From contig JBBRPR010000045.1 in NCBI GenBank assembly GCA_038227875.1, forward strand, positions 8,403-72,402: a stretch of 64,000 nt of DNA. Reading direction: 5' to 3'. The first letter of the stretch is position 1. Each line of letters opens with the position of its first letter. A program made the position numbers and the translations under genes. The DNA comes from Planctomycetota bacterium (lineage in GTDB: Bacteria > Planctomycetota > SZUA-567 > H5-PLA8). A model generated the notes under the pieces. It had not been told where the DNA came from, did not search any database, and worked only from the letters and a program-made list of their open reading frames with translations. Below, in pieces: positions 27,387-37,106 of this stretch.

Positions 27387-29054
27387 TTATTCGCTTTCGC
27401 GGACGCGTTCGGCGACGGCTTTCAGGCACAGTTCCTTCAAGCGTCGGCGGTCATCGGCTGAGATTTCGGCGACTTCCAGGCCCAGCAGCCAGCGCGCCTT
27501 GCCCGCTTCGGCGCGCTCCTTGGCGCGGATCGAGCGCAGGTGGCACAGCGCGGTGATCTCCTGGAACGTGCCCGTCAGCACCACGCGCGCGCAGATGCCG
27601 CGGCGGCGCAGATCGTCGGGACTGCCCAGCGCCGTGGGCGTGCCTTCGATCAGGAAGCCACCTTCGCTGATGTTCAAGGTCGTGCCGTGGTGAATCACTT
27701 CTTCGGCCGGATGCCCCAGGCGGCTGCAGAACTGGTACCGTGCCAGCGCGCTGATCTCATAGCGGATGAAGCGCCGCAGCTTGCGCTTCTGCTTGCCGCG
27801 CACCTTGTCGAGCATGCGGATGACCAGGTCTTCCTGGCCCAGGAACATTTCGATGCGCTTGCCGCAAAGCTTCTCCAGTTCGCGCGTCGTCGTCTGCGGC
27901 AGCGGATCGGCCACGGCGATGCAGACGAACGCCTTCGAATCGTCGAACGGCACGAAACTGTACTGCGTCATCAATTCGTGCGGGAAGACGCGCGCGAGGT
28001 TGTCGGGAATCGTGGCATCGGAAAGATCGGTCATCGGCAGTCCAGTCTGGAGCGCCAGCGCACGGCAAAGCGCATCGGGCGTCACCAGTCCCGTGCGCAA
28101 CAGGTAACGGCCCAGGCGTTCGCCATTGGCGCGCGCCTGCTGCAGCGCGATCGAAACCTGTTCGTTGTTCAACCGCCCCATGTGGACGAGTACTTCGCCG
28201 ACTTTCTTCAATCGAAGTGTCTGCGTATCCTGCGTCGACGATACGACCGCGCCGTGCGTGGGCATCGTCGCCGCCGCGCGGGCCAGCTGCGGGTTGTCGA
28301 GAATCTTCGATTCCGGCTCGTCATCGGGTTCCGGCGGCAATTGCGGCACGGCCGGAGCATTCGCCGTTGATGGTGGTGGCGGTGGCGGAACGATGGGAGG
28401 CATCGGCTCGGGAATGGGCGAAAACTGCCGGCGCGGTGGAGACTGCCGTGCCATCGGCGGCGCGGTCACGGGTGGAGGCGGCACATCCTGCGCGGGTCCA
28501 CCGTTTCTGCCCGCGACAGGTACCGAATAATGCCCTGCGCCCGATCCCGGTGCGGCTGGCACAGCTGCCGACGATCCGGATCCCGATGGAGGTGGCGGCG
28601 GCGGCACGGACATCGGATTCGGACGCGCGCCGGCCGGAAGCTGCGCGGCGCTGAGGCGTTGCGCGCCGGCCTGGCGCACACGCTCGGTTGCCAGCGTCAT
28701 CACCGCCTGCATCAAAATGTTGCGGTGAGCCGGAGCAGTATGGTGGAATTTCAGATCGACTTCGGTGCGGCCGCCGGCCGTGGTAACGGTGCTGACCAGA
28801 CCATCAATCTCAAAATCGGCCAGATATGGCGGCGCTTCCAGCCGCAGGTGCAGCGGGCGGTTGGGGGCCAGCGCTTTCTGCCAGTCGGCGAGCATCGCGG
28901 GCGCGAGTTCGTGAAGCGCGAAGGCGCCACGGCATCCCTGCTCGTTCAAATCCACGAGCGTTCCGCTGATGGGCGGAAGCATCGGGAACGACAACACCAG
29001 AGTGCCCTGCCGAATTTGCAAGCGGCCGGCTGGTATCTTCGTTGGGCTCGCCAT
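27387..29054 (-). CDS. PilZ-like plus MshEN (T2SSE_N) plus PilZ domain protein
   Basis: KVGEVLVHMGRL..ALQQ and RLGRYLLRTGLV..ALALQ tandem; C-terminal RRFIR..NISEGG; N-terminal GTLVDLNEQG; Pro-rich linker. GAGGGGG RBS before ATG 29054. Confidence 0.8.
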   Translation of the reverse strand: MASPTKIPAGRLQIRQGTLVLSFPMLPPISGTLVDLNEQGCRGAFALHELAPAMLADWQKALAPNRPLHLRLEAPPYLADFEIDGLVSTVTTAGGRTEVDLKFHHTAPAHRNILMQAVMTLATERVRQAGAQRLSAAQLPAGARPNPMSVPPPPPPSGSGSSAAVPAAPGSGAGHYSVPVAGRNGGPAQDVPPPPVTAPPMARQSPPRRQFSPIPEPMPPIVPPPPPPSTANAPAVPQLPPEPDDEPESKILDNPQLARAAATMPTHGAVVSSTQDTQTLRLKKVGEVLVHMGRLNNEQVSIALQQARANGERLGRYLLRTGLVTPDALCRALALQTGLPMTDLSDATIPDNLARVFPHELMTQYSFVPFDDSKAFVCIAVADPLPQTTTRELEKLCGKRIEMFLGQEDLVIRMLDKVRGKQKRKLRRFIRYEISALARYQFCSRLGHPAEEVIHHGTTLNISEGGFLIEGTPTALGSPDDLRRRGICARVVLTGTFQEITALCHLRSIRAKERAEAGKARWLLGLEVAEISADDRRRLKELCLKAVAERVRESE

Positions 29055-29235
29055 ATCCCCCTCGAACACGTGCATCACTGAAAACGGCAATTTGCAGTAT
29101 ACAGTTTTTCACAAGTTTTGCACCGGGGGCGCGTGAATTCCACAAGAGGTATCAAGAAAACGGAAATATATTGTGCCTTCAAACATCGGGGCTAGAACGT
29201 TGCCCTGAATAATTCATTCCTTGTTAGGGGGATTT

Positions 29236-30144
29236 ATGGAGTCAGCCACCGTCTACAAGCCCTCCGGCGAATCCGGCAACGCAATGGTTCTGGTCCCCCT
29301 GTTCGCTATTCCGCTCAGCTTGATCCTGAGCATCGTTTACGCATACATCTCCGTTTACAATCCGCTGATCGGCGTGATTTCATTTCTGCTCCCGCTGGGC
29401 TTCGGTGCGCTCTTCGGATTCGGTCTGACCTCAGCCGTCACTCTGGCCAAATGCCGCAATCCTCAGTTGGTGCTGCTGACGTGTAGCGCGGCGACGCTGT
29501 TTGTGATGTACTGCGTCTGGGCCTGTTTCATTTACGTTTTTCTCGATCACATCAACTCGCCGGTTCCGCTGACGACGGTTTTTCTCGATCCGGGTGGCAT
29601 CTTTGCCGCCATGTCTCAAATTGCCGCCGTCGGTTGGTACACGGTCAAAGGCACGACGCCCAGCGGCATCGTGCTCTGGATATTCTGGCTGTGCGAGGCT
29701 GGTATGATCGGATACCTGGCCGTCTCAATGCCGTTCAGTCACGTCAAAGAAACGCTCTTCTGCGAAGACTGCAACGACTGGTGCCCAGCCAAAAAGGATC
29801 TCGCGCGCTACGTCCCGACCAGCGAAACAGCCAAGACCGAACGCATCAAAAGCGGCGACCTCACCGTGCTCGCCGAATTGACGCCGGCCACGGTTACCGC
29901 GCCGATTTACATGCGCCTGGATTCGCAGCGCTGCGGAAAATGCAGCCGCACGTCCACCTTTCAGTTGTCGCAGATCACGATCACCAAAGACAAGAACGGC
30001 AAGCCGCAGGAGAAAGTCGAGAAGCTGACCGAGTTGGTGATCCTGACGCCCGACTCGCTGACGAAGTTGCAGAACGCGCTGGTGAAACAAGCCAGCGCGC
30101 CGGCGCCTGCTGCTCCGCCGCCGGCGCCGGACGGTCCGGCATAA
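29236..30144 (+). CDS. Membrane protein with a C-terminal CxxC..CxxC domain
   Basis: About four hydrophobic segments, then FCEDC and RCGKC. Confidence 0.75.
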   Translation: MESATVYKPSGESGNAMVLVPLFAIPLSLILSIVYAYISVYNPLIGVISFLLPLGFGALFGFGLTSAVTLAKCRNPQLVLLTCSAATLFVMYCVWACFIYVFLDHINSPVPLTTVFLDPGGIFAAMSQIAAVGWYTVKGTTPSGIVLWIFWLCEAGMIGYLAVSMPFSHVKETLFCEDCNDWCPAKKDLARYVPTSETAKTERIKSGDLTVLAELTPATVTAPIYMRLDSQRCGKCSRTSTFQLSQITITKDKNGKPQEKVEKLTELVILTPDSLTKLQNALVKQASAPAPAAPPPAPDGPA

Positions 30145-30146
30145 CC

Positions 30147-33100
30147 TCAATTGCCGTTGCGGTTGAAGCCGATCGCGCCGGTCGTCCCGGTCTTGCTCGT
30201 CTTCACCTGGAACAGCACGCTGGCCTGCGTTTCATACGAGAGCCCGGCGAAGAGAATCACGAGCTGAATTTTGCGCGGGACGTTCTTCTTGCCCGTGAGG
30301 TCCGGTTCCTTGGCGGAGATGCCTTCGGTGTCGAAGCCCGCCGCCACCACGCCCTGCTTGGAGAACGTCGCCGTCAGCGCGGCGGTCTTCCCAGTCTTGC
30401 CCTTTTTATAGGCGACTTTCATCGCTTTCAAATTTCCGGTCAGACTACCCGACGCGTTGCCCTTCGGATCGATCGTGACCTGATCGAGAATGTTGCCCAT
30501 GCCGATCGACAGACTCTGCGCTTTGGTCGTGTCCATCCCGGTCGGCAGCGCGAACGAGGCCTTCAGCGTCACGGTGTCGTTGGTCTTCGCGTTCGAAAAC
30601 TGGAACAAGCCCTTCAAGGCGCTGACGGTGACTTTCGCATTCGGGCGGTCGTCGGTGAAAGCCAGCGTCGAACCCAGTTCCAGCGGGCTGATCGCCACGG
30701 TTTTACGGCCGTGGCCGGAGACGGAATTGTCCGCGGCGAAATGCTTGGAATCGACGACGTACAATCCGGCCGCGGGAAACTTCTGCACGAACGAGACGCC
30801 CGAACGCGCTTCGATGGTCGTATCGTCGCGTGACCCGACTCCGCGCAACCCCAGGCCGCGCGACAAGGCCGCCGTGGCCGTGCCGCTGGTCGTGGCAACG
30901 ACATTGGAGATCAGCACGTTCTTCTCGCCCGTCACGCTGCTGGAATCGATTTTGAATTCCAGCGCGCCCCCGGCGCTCGAGACCACCGAGACCGCTTCGC
31001 GGTTGGGAACCTTGGGCGGCGTAATCTGCGTCGCAACGTTGCCGATCAGTCCGCCGTTGGTGGCCGGGGCGAGGACCAGCACTTCGCGGCTGAAGATGGA
31101 CGTCGTGGTGCCGTTGGAGGCCGTCACCGTCACGATGAACTGCCCGCCGGCCGTGTAGGCGTGCGTCAGCGACGCGCCGCTGCCAGTTCCGCCGTCACCA
31201 AAATCCCAGGAGTAGGCCGTCGTTCCCGGAAGCGTAAACGCGGTCGTGAAATTCGTGATGATGCCCGGGCGCGTCGGAAACGGCGCGATGTCGATCAGCT
31301 TCGCTCCGCCGTCGCTGATTTCGCGCACGCGGAAGAGATCGCAGATGTAGATGTTCCCCGCGGAATCCTGCGTGATCGCATCGGTCAGACTCAACCGCGC
31401 GGCCGTCGGCGGGCCGTGATCGCCGAGAAAGCTGCTGACGCCGGTGCCGGCGAACGGACCGATCAGGCCGGAACTCAGCGAGACCAGGCGCACGGTGCTC
31501 TTGTCACGCTCGTTGATGTAGAGATATGTGGAATTGACCGCGACTTCGCTGGGATGAAAGAGCGACCCGGACGTCGCCAGCTGGCCGTCTTGTACGCGCA
31601 GGTCGGCGGAACTTCCCGTGCCGGCGACGGTACTGATCTTTCCCGTCGACGCGGAGATCATGCGCACGCAGTAGTTGCCGTAGTCGGCGAAATACAAATT
31701 GTCGCTGGGATCCAGCGCCACGCCGTCGGGCTGATTCAACTGCGCCGCGGTCGCCGCTCCGCCATCGCCGGAAAATCCCGCCGCGCCGGTGCCCGCGATC
31801 GTCGAAATGTTGCCGGCCGTATCGATCTTGCGGATGGCGTGGTTGCTGTAGTCGGAGATGAAATACTGGTTCTTCGAATCCACGGCGATGAACGACGGGT
31901 TGTTCAACGTCGCCAGCGTTGCCTTGCCGCCGTCGCCGGTGTATCCGGCAGTGCCCGTCCCCGCGATGGTTGTGATAACATTGGTCGCGATCGTGATCTT
32001 GCGCACGCGCTGGTTGCCCGAATCGCAAATGAGCAGATCGCCGTTGCGGTCGATCGCCAGACCGACCGGAAACGAGAGTTGGCTTGCGGAGGCCGGACCG
32101 CCATCGCCGCCGAAGCCGCTGATGCCCGTGCCGGCCACCGTCGTAATCGTGCGCGTGACGGCGTCGACGCGGCGCACGTTGCTGTCGTTGTAGCCACCGA
32201 CAAAAACATTCCCCGCCGCATCAATGGCGACACCGTGAGTCCGATTGATCGTGGCCGCGATCGCCGGCCCGCCATCTCCTGACCCGCCCGTGCCGGCGAT
32301 CGTCTGGATCACCTGCGTCGCCGCGAGAACTTTGCGAATGCGATTGTTGCCGGAATCGGCGACGAACACATCGCCCGCCGCATTCAGCGCCAGGCCCTGC
32401 GGATTCGACAACCCGGCGCTTTTCGCAGTACCGCCGTCGCCGCCGAAACTTCCCGACGAAAACGGCTGCGCGGTGCCGATGATCGTGGTGATCGTGCCGG
32501 CCGTGTCGATCTTGCGGATCACCGCGTTGGAGTTGTCCGAGAAAAGTACATTCCCCGCGGCGTCGACGACAATGGCCAGCGGGTAATTGCACTGCGCCGA
32601 CTTGGCCGGGCCGCCATCGCCGGAGAATCCGGCCACGCCCGTTCCGCAGATCGTCGAGATGATCCCCGACGTATCAACTTTACGAATGACATTGCCGCTC
32701 AGATCCACGGCGCGGCCGGCGCAGATGTACAGGCTTCCCGCGCCATCCACCGCCACGGCACCGAAGACATCCAGCGTCGCGCTTGTGGCCGGTCCGCCGT
32801 CGCCCGTGCCGCCGACATTGCCATTTCCCGCCACGGTGCTGATCATCCCGGCTGTGTCGACCTTGCGCACGCGCGCGTTATTCGAGTCTGCAATGTAAAG
32901 ATTGCCGTTCTTGTCGACGGCAACGTAGTTGGGCGTATCCAGCAGTGCCGCGTTCGCGGCGGCTCCATCGCCTGCGAAACCGGCCTTCGATGTTCCGGCG
33001 ACGGTGGTGATGATCTTCGTGCTGAGATCCACCGCGCGGACGGCGTTGTTGCCCGAATCGGCAATGTACAAAATCGTGCCCGCGGAATTCAGCGTCACGC

Positions 33101-33419
33101 CCTTCGGCGCGCTCAGCCCAGCCGATGTGGCCGGACCACCGTCGCCGAGGAAACCGGAATTGGCCGAACCGGCGAGCGTGGCAATCGCGCCGGTCGCCGC
33201 GTCGATCTTGCGCACGCGGTTGTTCTCGGTGTCGCCGATGTAAATGTTGCCCGCGCTATCGACGGCCAATCCCACCGGCCCGCTGAGCGTGCCGGCCGTA
33301 GCCGCCACACCGTCGACGATGCCGCCGCCGGCGATCGTTTCGATCGTCGCGGAAAACCCGGTGCTGGTCAGACTCGCAATAACCAGAATCAACGCAAAGT
33401 TGCGCAAGCGACGGTGCAT
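30147..33419 (-). CDS. Secreted NHL-repeat (12 blades) plus PKD domain protein
   Basis: Signal peptide; 12 repeats of the type GDGGPATSA.L..P.G.AVD..GN.YI.D; PKD YSWDFGDG..HAYTAGG. Confidence 0.88.
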   Translation of the reverse strand: MHRRLRNFALILVIASLTSTGFSATIETIAGGGIVDGVAATAGTLSGPVGLAVDSAGNIYIGDTENNRVRKIDAATGAIATLAGSANSGFLGDGGPATSAGLSAPKGVTLNSAGTILYIADSGNNAVRAVDLSTKIITTVAGTSKAGFAGDGAAANAALLDTPNYVAVDKNGNLYIADSNNARVRKVDTAGMISTVAGNGNVGGTGDGGPATSATLDVFGAVAVDGAGSLYICAGRAVDLSGNVIRKVDTSGIISTICGTGVAGFSGDGGPAKSAQCNYPLAIVVDAAGNVLFSDNSNAVIRKIDTAGTITTIIGTAQPFSSGSFGGDGGTAKSAGLSNPQGLALNAAGDVFVADSGNNRIRKVLAATQVIQTIAGTGGSGDGGPAIAATINRTHGVAIDAAGNVFVGGYNDSNVRRVDAVTRTITTVAGTGISGFGGDGGPASASQLSFPVGLAIDRNGDLLICDSGNQRVRKITIATNVITTIAGTGTAGYTGDGGKATLATLNNPSFIAVDSKNQYFISDYSNHAIRKIDTAGNISTIAGTGAAGFSGDGGAATAAQLNQPDGVALDPSDNLYFADYGNYCVRMISASTGKISTVAGTGSSADLRVQDGQLATSGSLFHPSEVAVNSTYLYINERDKSTVRLVSLSSGLIGPFAGTGVSSFLGDHGPPTAARLSLTDAITQDSAGNIYICDLFRVREISDGGAKLIDIAPFPTRPGIITNFTTAFTLPGTTAYSWDFGDGGTGSGASLTHAYTAGGQFIVTVTASNGTTTSIFSREVLVLAPATNGGLIGNVATQITPPKVPNREAVSVVSSAGGALEFKIDSSSVTGEKNVLISNVVATTSGTATAALSRGLGLRGVGSRDDTTIEARSGVSFVQKFPAAGLYVVDSKHFAADNSVSGHGRKTVAISPLELGSTLAFTDDRPNAKVTVSALKGLFQFSNAKTNDTVTLKASFALPTGMDTTKAQSLSIGMGNILDQVTIDPKGNASGSLTGNLKAMKVAYKKGKTGKTAALTATFSKQGVVAAGFDTEGISAKEPDLTGKKNVPRKIQLVILFAGLSYETQASVLFQVKTSKTGTTGAIGFNRNGN

Positions 33420-33559
33420 GAATTTTCCCTCGTGGGCATATGAAACAGGCGACAGTAGCGTGCTTTTAAGATAGTGTCAAAACAATCGTCGCCGTGTACT
33501 TAAAAAGAGCGGCAGAGTTTTCCGTGTTGGTGGTGAGGAGTTTAGCGGGTGGGCCGGAA

Positions 33560-34981
33560 TCAGTTTTTGGGCAGCGCGCCGTCGCCAATGTCGAACTGAC
33601 CGACGTACAGCGTGCTCGGCTTTTTGTTGTCGCCGGAATAGAGCACCATCGCGTGGACTTCGGCGCCATCTTTCGGAATGGGGTCGCCGCCGCGGATGTT
33701 GCGTTTGAAGTCGGAGCACTTCACGACCATCCAGAACCACTTGTCCGTCGGCTGTCCGTAAAAATGAGCTTCGTAAAATCCATTGTCCGCAAACAGGTGA
33801 ACCATGAGACTTCCGGTGTTCTCCAAACGGCAGGCAAAGCGGAACCAACTGTTGGGACCCAAATGAACCGGCGCGACTTTCTTATCCAGATTCACGCTCA
33901 TCTGGGTCGAATGCCACGGCGGATTGGGAATCGCGCTGGCCTTCGCGACGGTGTCTTTCGAGCCGAAGATTTCGTGCTCTTCCATTTGGGCGTCGTTATA
34001 AAATTTCCCGCCGAGCCCAGCCGGAACCGTGGTGAACAGAATTTTCGTCGCTCCGGGGGTGGCGGCCGTGCCGTTGTTCTTTTCCAACGCGGCGACGGGC
34101 GTTACGGGGGCGGTCGCTGCCACCGCTTCAATGGCGCGCTCCTTGGGTTTCCACTCGTTCATCTTCACACGCAAGCGCGACGCGAGCATCGAGTCGGGAT
34201 GCGCTTTGACGAAGACATCTGCCAGCGCGATCTTGTCCGCGGAATGGTCGTCTGCCAGCGCCTCAATCTTTCGCATCGTGGCGTCGAAATCCTTCTGTTC
34301 CTTGTCTTGCGCGCTGCCCGCCGTCAGCAGCATGTCCTGGCCGGTTCTCGGCATTTGCTTGTCGTCGAGCTGCTCGCGTTCTTTCACCGGAGTCGTTGGC
34401 GCGGGCGGCGCAAGCTCAACGGGTTTCGTCGGCATGGCTTTGTCGTGTTTATCGGTCTCGGCGTTCGCGACCTTCACCGGCACCGGCGGCTTCCCCGTAA
34501 ACAGCACCACGCACAGCCCCACCACCGCCACAGCGCCAACTACGGCGCCGCCGATCACCATATTTTTGATGGATTTCGGAGCGATGACTTCGTCGGACGA
34601 CTTCACGGTCGGCATCGACGCTTCGGTGCCGCGCGCGCCGGAAACGCGGGAGCGCGGCTGCTTCATTTTGGATGAGCCTTGCGCCTGCAACATCGCCGTG
34701 GTCGCGGAGCCCGGCGTCGAACGATGCGGCGGCGTGCGGCGCGTAATGTTCGAGCGTGAGGGTTCGGGCATCGCCACGGGAACCGGCGGAACCGGCGCTG
34801 CGGGCGCTGGATGGTCGTCGGTGACGTTGAGATTGACGAGAGGTTCGAATTCGATCGTGTTGACGCCGCTGGCGCAGTCGAGGCAGTAAATGCCTTTCAA
34901 CTGTTTGTTCTTACCTTTGCCCGCCGCCAGGTCGGCGTCGGTGATGCGTTTATTGCAGCCATCGCAAAAGTAAAAATTCAT
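33560..34981 (-). CDS. Hypothetical bitopic protein: N-terminal Zn-finger, TM helix, C-terminal beta-sandwich
   Basis: FCDGC..YCLDC, Pro/Ser linker, TM VIGGAVVGAVAVVGLCVVLF. Confidence 0.72.
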   Translation of the reverse strand: MNFYFCDGCNKRITDADLAAGKGKNKQLKGIYCLDCASGVNTIEFEPLVNLNVTDDHPAPAAPVPPVPVAMPEPSRSNITRRTPPHRSTPGSATTAMLQAQGSSKMKQPRSRVSGARGTEASMPTVKSSDEVIAPKSIKNMVIGGAVVGAVAVVGLCVVLFTGKPPVPVKVANAETDKHDKAMPTKPVELAPPAPTTPVKEREQLDDKQMPRTGQDMLLTAGSAQDKEQKDFDATMRKIEALADDHSADKIALADVFVKAHPDSMLASRLRVKMNEWKPKERAIEAVAATAPVTPVAALEKNNGTAATPGATKILFTTVPAGLGGKFYNDAQMEEHEIFGSKDTVAKASAIPNPPWHSTQMSVNLDKKVAPVHLGPNSWFRFACRLENTGSLMVHLFADNGFYEAHFYGQPTDKWFWMVVKCSDFKRNIRGGDPIPKDGAEVHAMVLYSGDNKKPSTLYVGQFDIGDGALPKN

Positions 34982-35232
34982 GGAAAGCCTCGGCTCTGCC
35001 AGATGTTATATTAACTCTTGAGAGGGGTTTTTAGAGTGAACAAAGTGGATTAATTTTCAAACATTATGAATCGGCCTGATCGAATTCGGCCTGCTCACAT
35101 GTTCACCTATGGGACGGTTGCATAAAGCACATGTTATTGGACAAATTCACTATTCCGACTTAGGCACACCGTGTTCTACACTTCCATACACGCTCGTTTT
35201 CCTTCATCCACGGACGACTTTTGGAGATTCGA

Positions 35233-36009
35233 ATGTCTTACCCCATCAGTGTGCAACTTTACTCCCTGCGCGAACAAGCCAAGGACGGCAACCATCTCGC
35301 GGTCATCAAAAAAATCGCGGAGATCGGCTACTCCGCCGTCGAAACCGCCGGCTTTTACGGACTCACTCCAAAGCAGTACCGCAAAGTGATGGATGACCAC
35401 GGCCTGACCATCTGCAGCCACCATGCCGGCGTCCCGACGCCCGAGCAGCTCAACGAATTCGTCGACACGCAGAAGGAACTCGGTACGCCCTATTGCGTCA
35501 GCGCGTGGATTGAGCCGGTCGAGTACACCACCGTCGACAAGATCAAACGCCTAGCCGAGAAGCTCGAGATCGCGCGCGCCGCTCTCGAAAAACAGAACGT
35601 GACGCTCTGCATGCATAACCACGATTTCGAATTCCAGCGCCTCGACGGCAAAATTAAATACGAGATCCTCGGCGCGCTCTGCCCCAAGCTCCAGTTCCAG
35701 ATCGACACCTACTGGGCGGCCAACTTCGGCGCTGAAAATCCCGCGGCGATGGTCGCGCAGTTCAAGGACCGCGCTCCGCTGCTCCACATCAAGGACGGTC
35801 CGCTGGTGAAGGGCGAACCGATGGTCGCGGCCGGCAAGGGCAAGCAGGATTTCCCCGCGATTTTCAAAGCGTCCAATCCGAACGTGACGAAGTGGGCCAT
35901 CGTGGAACTCGACGCCTGCGCCACCGACATGATGCAAGCCGTCGCCGACAGCTACACGTACCTCGTCGGTTCCGGTCTGGCCACCGGCAGGAAGCCGGTC
36001 TCGAAATGA
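35233..36009 (+). CDS. Sugar phosphate isomerase/epimerase (AP endonuclease 2 TIM barrel)
   Basis: VQLYSLRE, MHNHDFEF, QIDTYW, LHIKDG, IVELD. Confidence 0.88.
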   Translation: MSYPISVQLYSLREQAKDGNHLAVIKKIAEIGYSAVETAGFYGLTPKQYRKVMDDHGLTICSHHAGVPTPEQLNEFVDTQKELGTPYCVSAWIEPVEYTTVDKIKRLAEKLEIARAALEKQNVTLCMHNHDFEFQRLDGKIKYEILGALCPKLQFQIDTYWAANFGAENPAAMVAQFKDRAPLLHIKDGPLVKGEPMVAAGKGKQDFPAIFKASNPNVTKWAIVELDACATDMMQAVADSYTYLVGSGLATGRKPVSK

Positions 36010-37013
36010 ACGCAACCTACATCCTCTTCCCGGAAAAGGGACGCGTTACCGTCGAGCAGGAAACCGTCAGCGCCGACGACCTCAAGCCCACCGAGGTCGT
36101 CGTGCGTAACGAGACGTCGATCATCTCCGCCGGCACGGAGCTGGCGCGACTGAACGGTCTGGAAGGCCTGCAGTTTCCCTGCAGGCCCGGCTACGGCTCA
36201 ATCGGCCGCATCGAAGCGCTTGGCAGCGGCGTCACCGATTTCAAAAAAGGCGACCGCGTTTTCTACGCCGGCAAGCACGCATCGGTTCAGCGCTTCCTGC
36301 ACGGGCAGGATCATCAGTGGGGTTTGCTCTATCCGGTGCCGGAGCAGCTCGACCCCGTCGACGCCGCGTTTGGCTGCATGGCCCAGATCGCAATGACCGC
36401 GCCGAATGTCACCGAGCTCCATCTCGGCGATTCCGTCGCGGTGTTTGGCTTGGGCCTCGTCGGCAATCTCGCTGCGCAGATGTACAAACAAGCCGGCGCG
36501 CGCGTGATCGGCATCGACCCGGTCAAGCGGCGGTGTGAGCTGGCGAAAGCAGTCGGCATTGAGACCACGATCGACGCGCCGCCCGACCGCCAGGTCGAAG
36601 TGCTCAAGGAACTGACCGGCGACAAGGGCGCGGATGTCACCGTCGACGCCGTCGGCCACTCGGCGATCATCAACAATTGCGTCGATGGCACGGCGCTTTT
36701 CGGACAGGTCGTGCTGCTCGGTTCGCCGCGCGCGCCGTTGCAGGGAAATCTCACCAGCGTGATGAGCCAGATTCACATCCGCGGACTGGTCGTGCGCGGC
36801 GCTCACATGTGGCGCATGGTGCCCAAGGATGTGCGTGGCGTGAAAACATCCGTGGCCTGGTCGCTGCGCGTGGTGATGGACTTGATCGGCAGCGGCAAAC
36901 TGAAGGTCCTCGAACTCACGCGCCGCATCACGCCGAATGAAGTTCCAGCCGCCTACGCCGGTTTGCAGAGCGCGCCGGAACAGTACGTTGGCGTGGTGAT
37001 CGACTGGCGGTAA
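36006..37013 (+). CDS. Medium-chain dehydrogenase/reductase (zinc-binding ADH family)
   Basis: ISAGTE, PGYGSIG, VFGLGLVG. ATGA overlap with the upstream gene. Confidence 0.85.
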   Translation: MNATYILFPEKGRVTVEQETVSADDLKPTEVVVRNETSIISAGTELARLNGLEGLQFPCRPGYGSIGRIEALGSGVTDFKKGDRVFYAGKHASVQRFLHGQDHQWGLLYPVPEQLDPVDAAFGCMAQIAMTAPNVTELHLGDSVAVFGLGLVGNLAAQMYKQAGARVIGIDPVKRRCELAKAVGIETTIDAPPDRQVEVLKELTGDKGADVTVDAVGHSAIINNCVDGTALFGQVVLLGSPRAPLQGNLTSVMSQIHIRGLVVRGAHMWRMVPKDVRGVKTSVAWSLRVVMDLIGSGKLKVLELTRRITPNEVPAAYAGLQSAPEQYVGVVIDWR

Positions 37014-37072
37014 CTCTGGCGCAAATTTGCGCCAGGGTCAAAATGACCCTAGAGACCATGGTCCCTAGGGTC
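37012..37072. repeat. Second copy of the 28-5-28 double-palindrome element
   Basis: AACTCTGGCGCAAATTTGCGCCAGGGTC, AAAAT, GACCCTAGAGACCATGGTCCCTAGGGTC between convergent genes. Confidence 0.65.
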
Positions 37073-37106
37073 TGCCTGGCCAGTGGCACCAATTCCCTCG
37101 CGGGGC

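Noticed and set aside
31320..33340. CRISPR-like or DNA tandem array
   Set aside because: The periodicity comes from protein NHL repeats; no identical DNA repeats with unique spacers.
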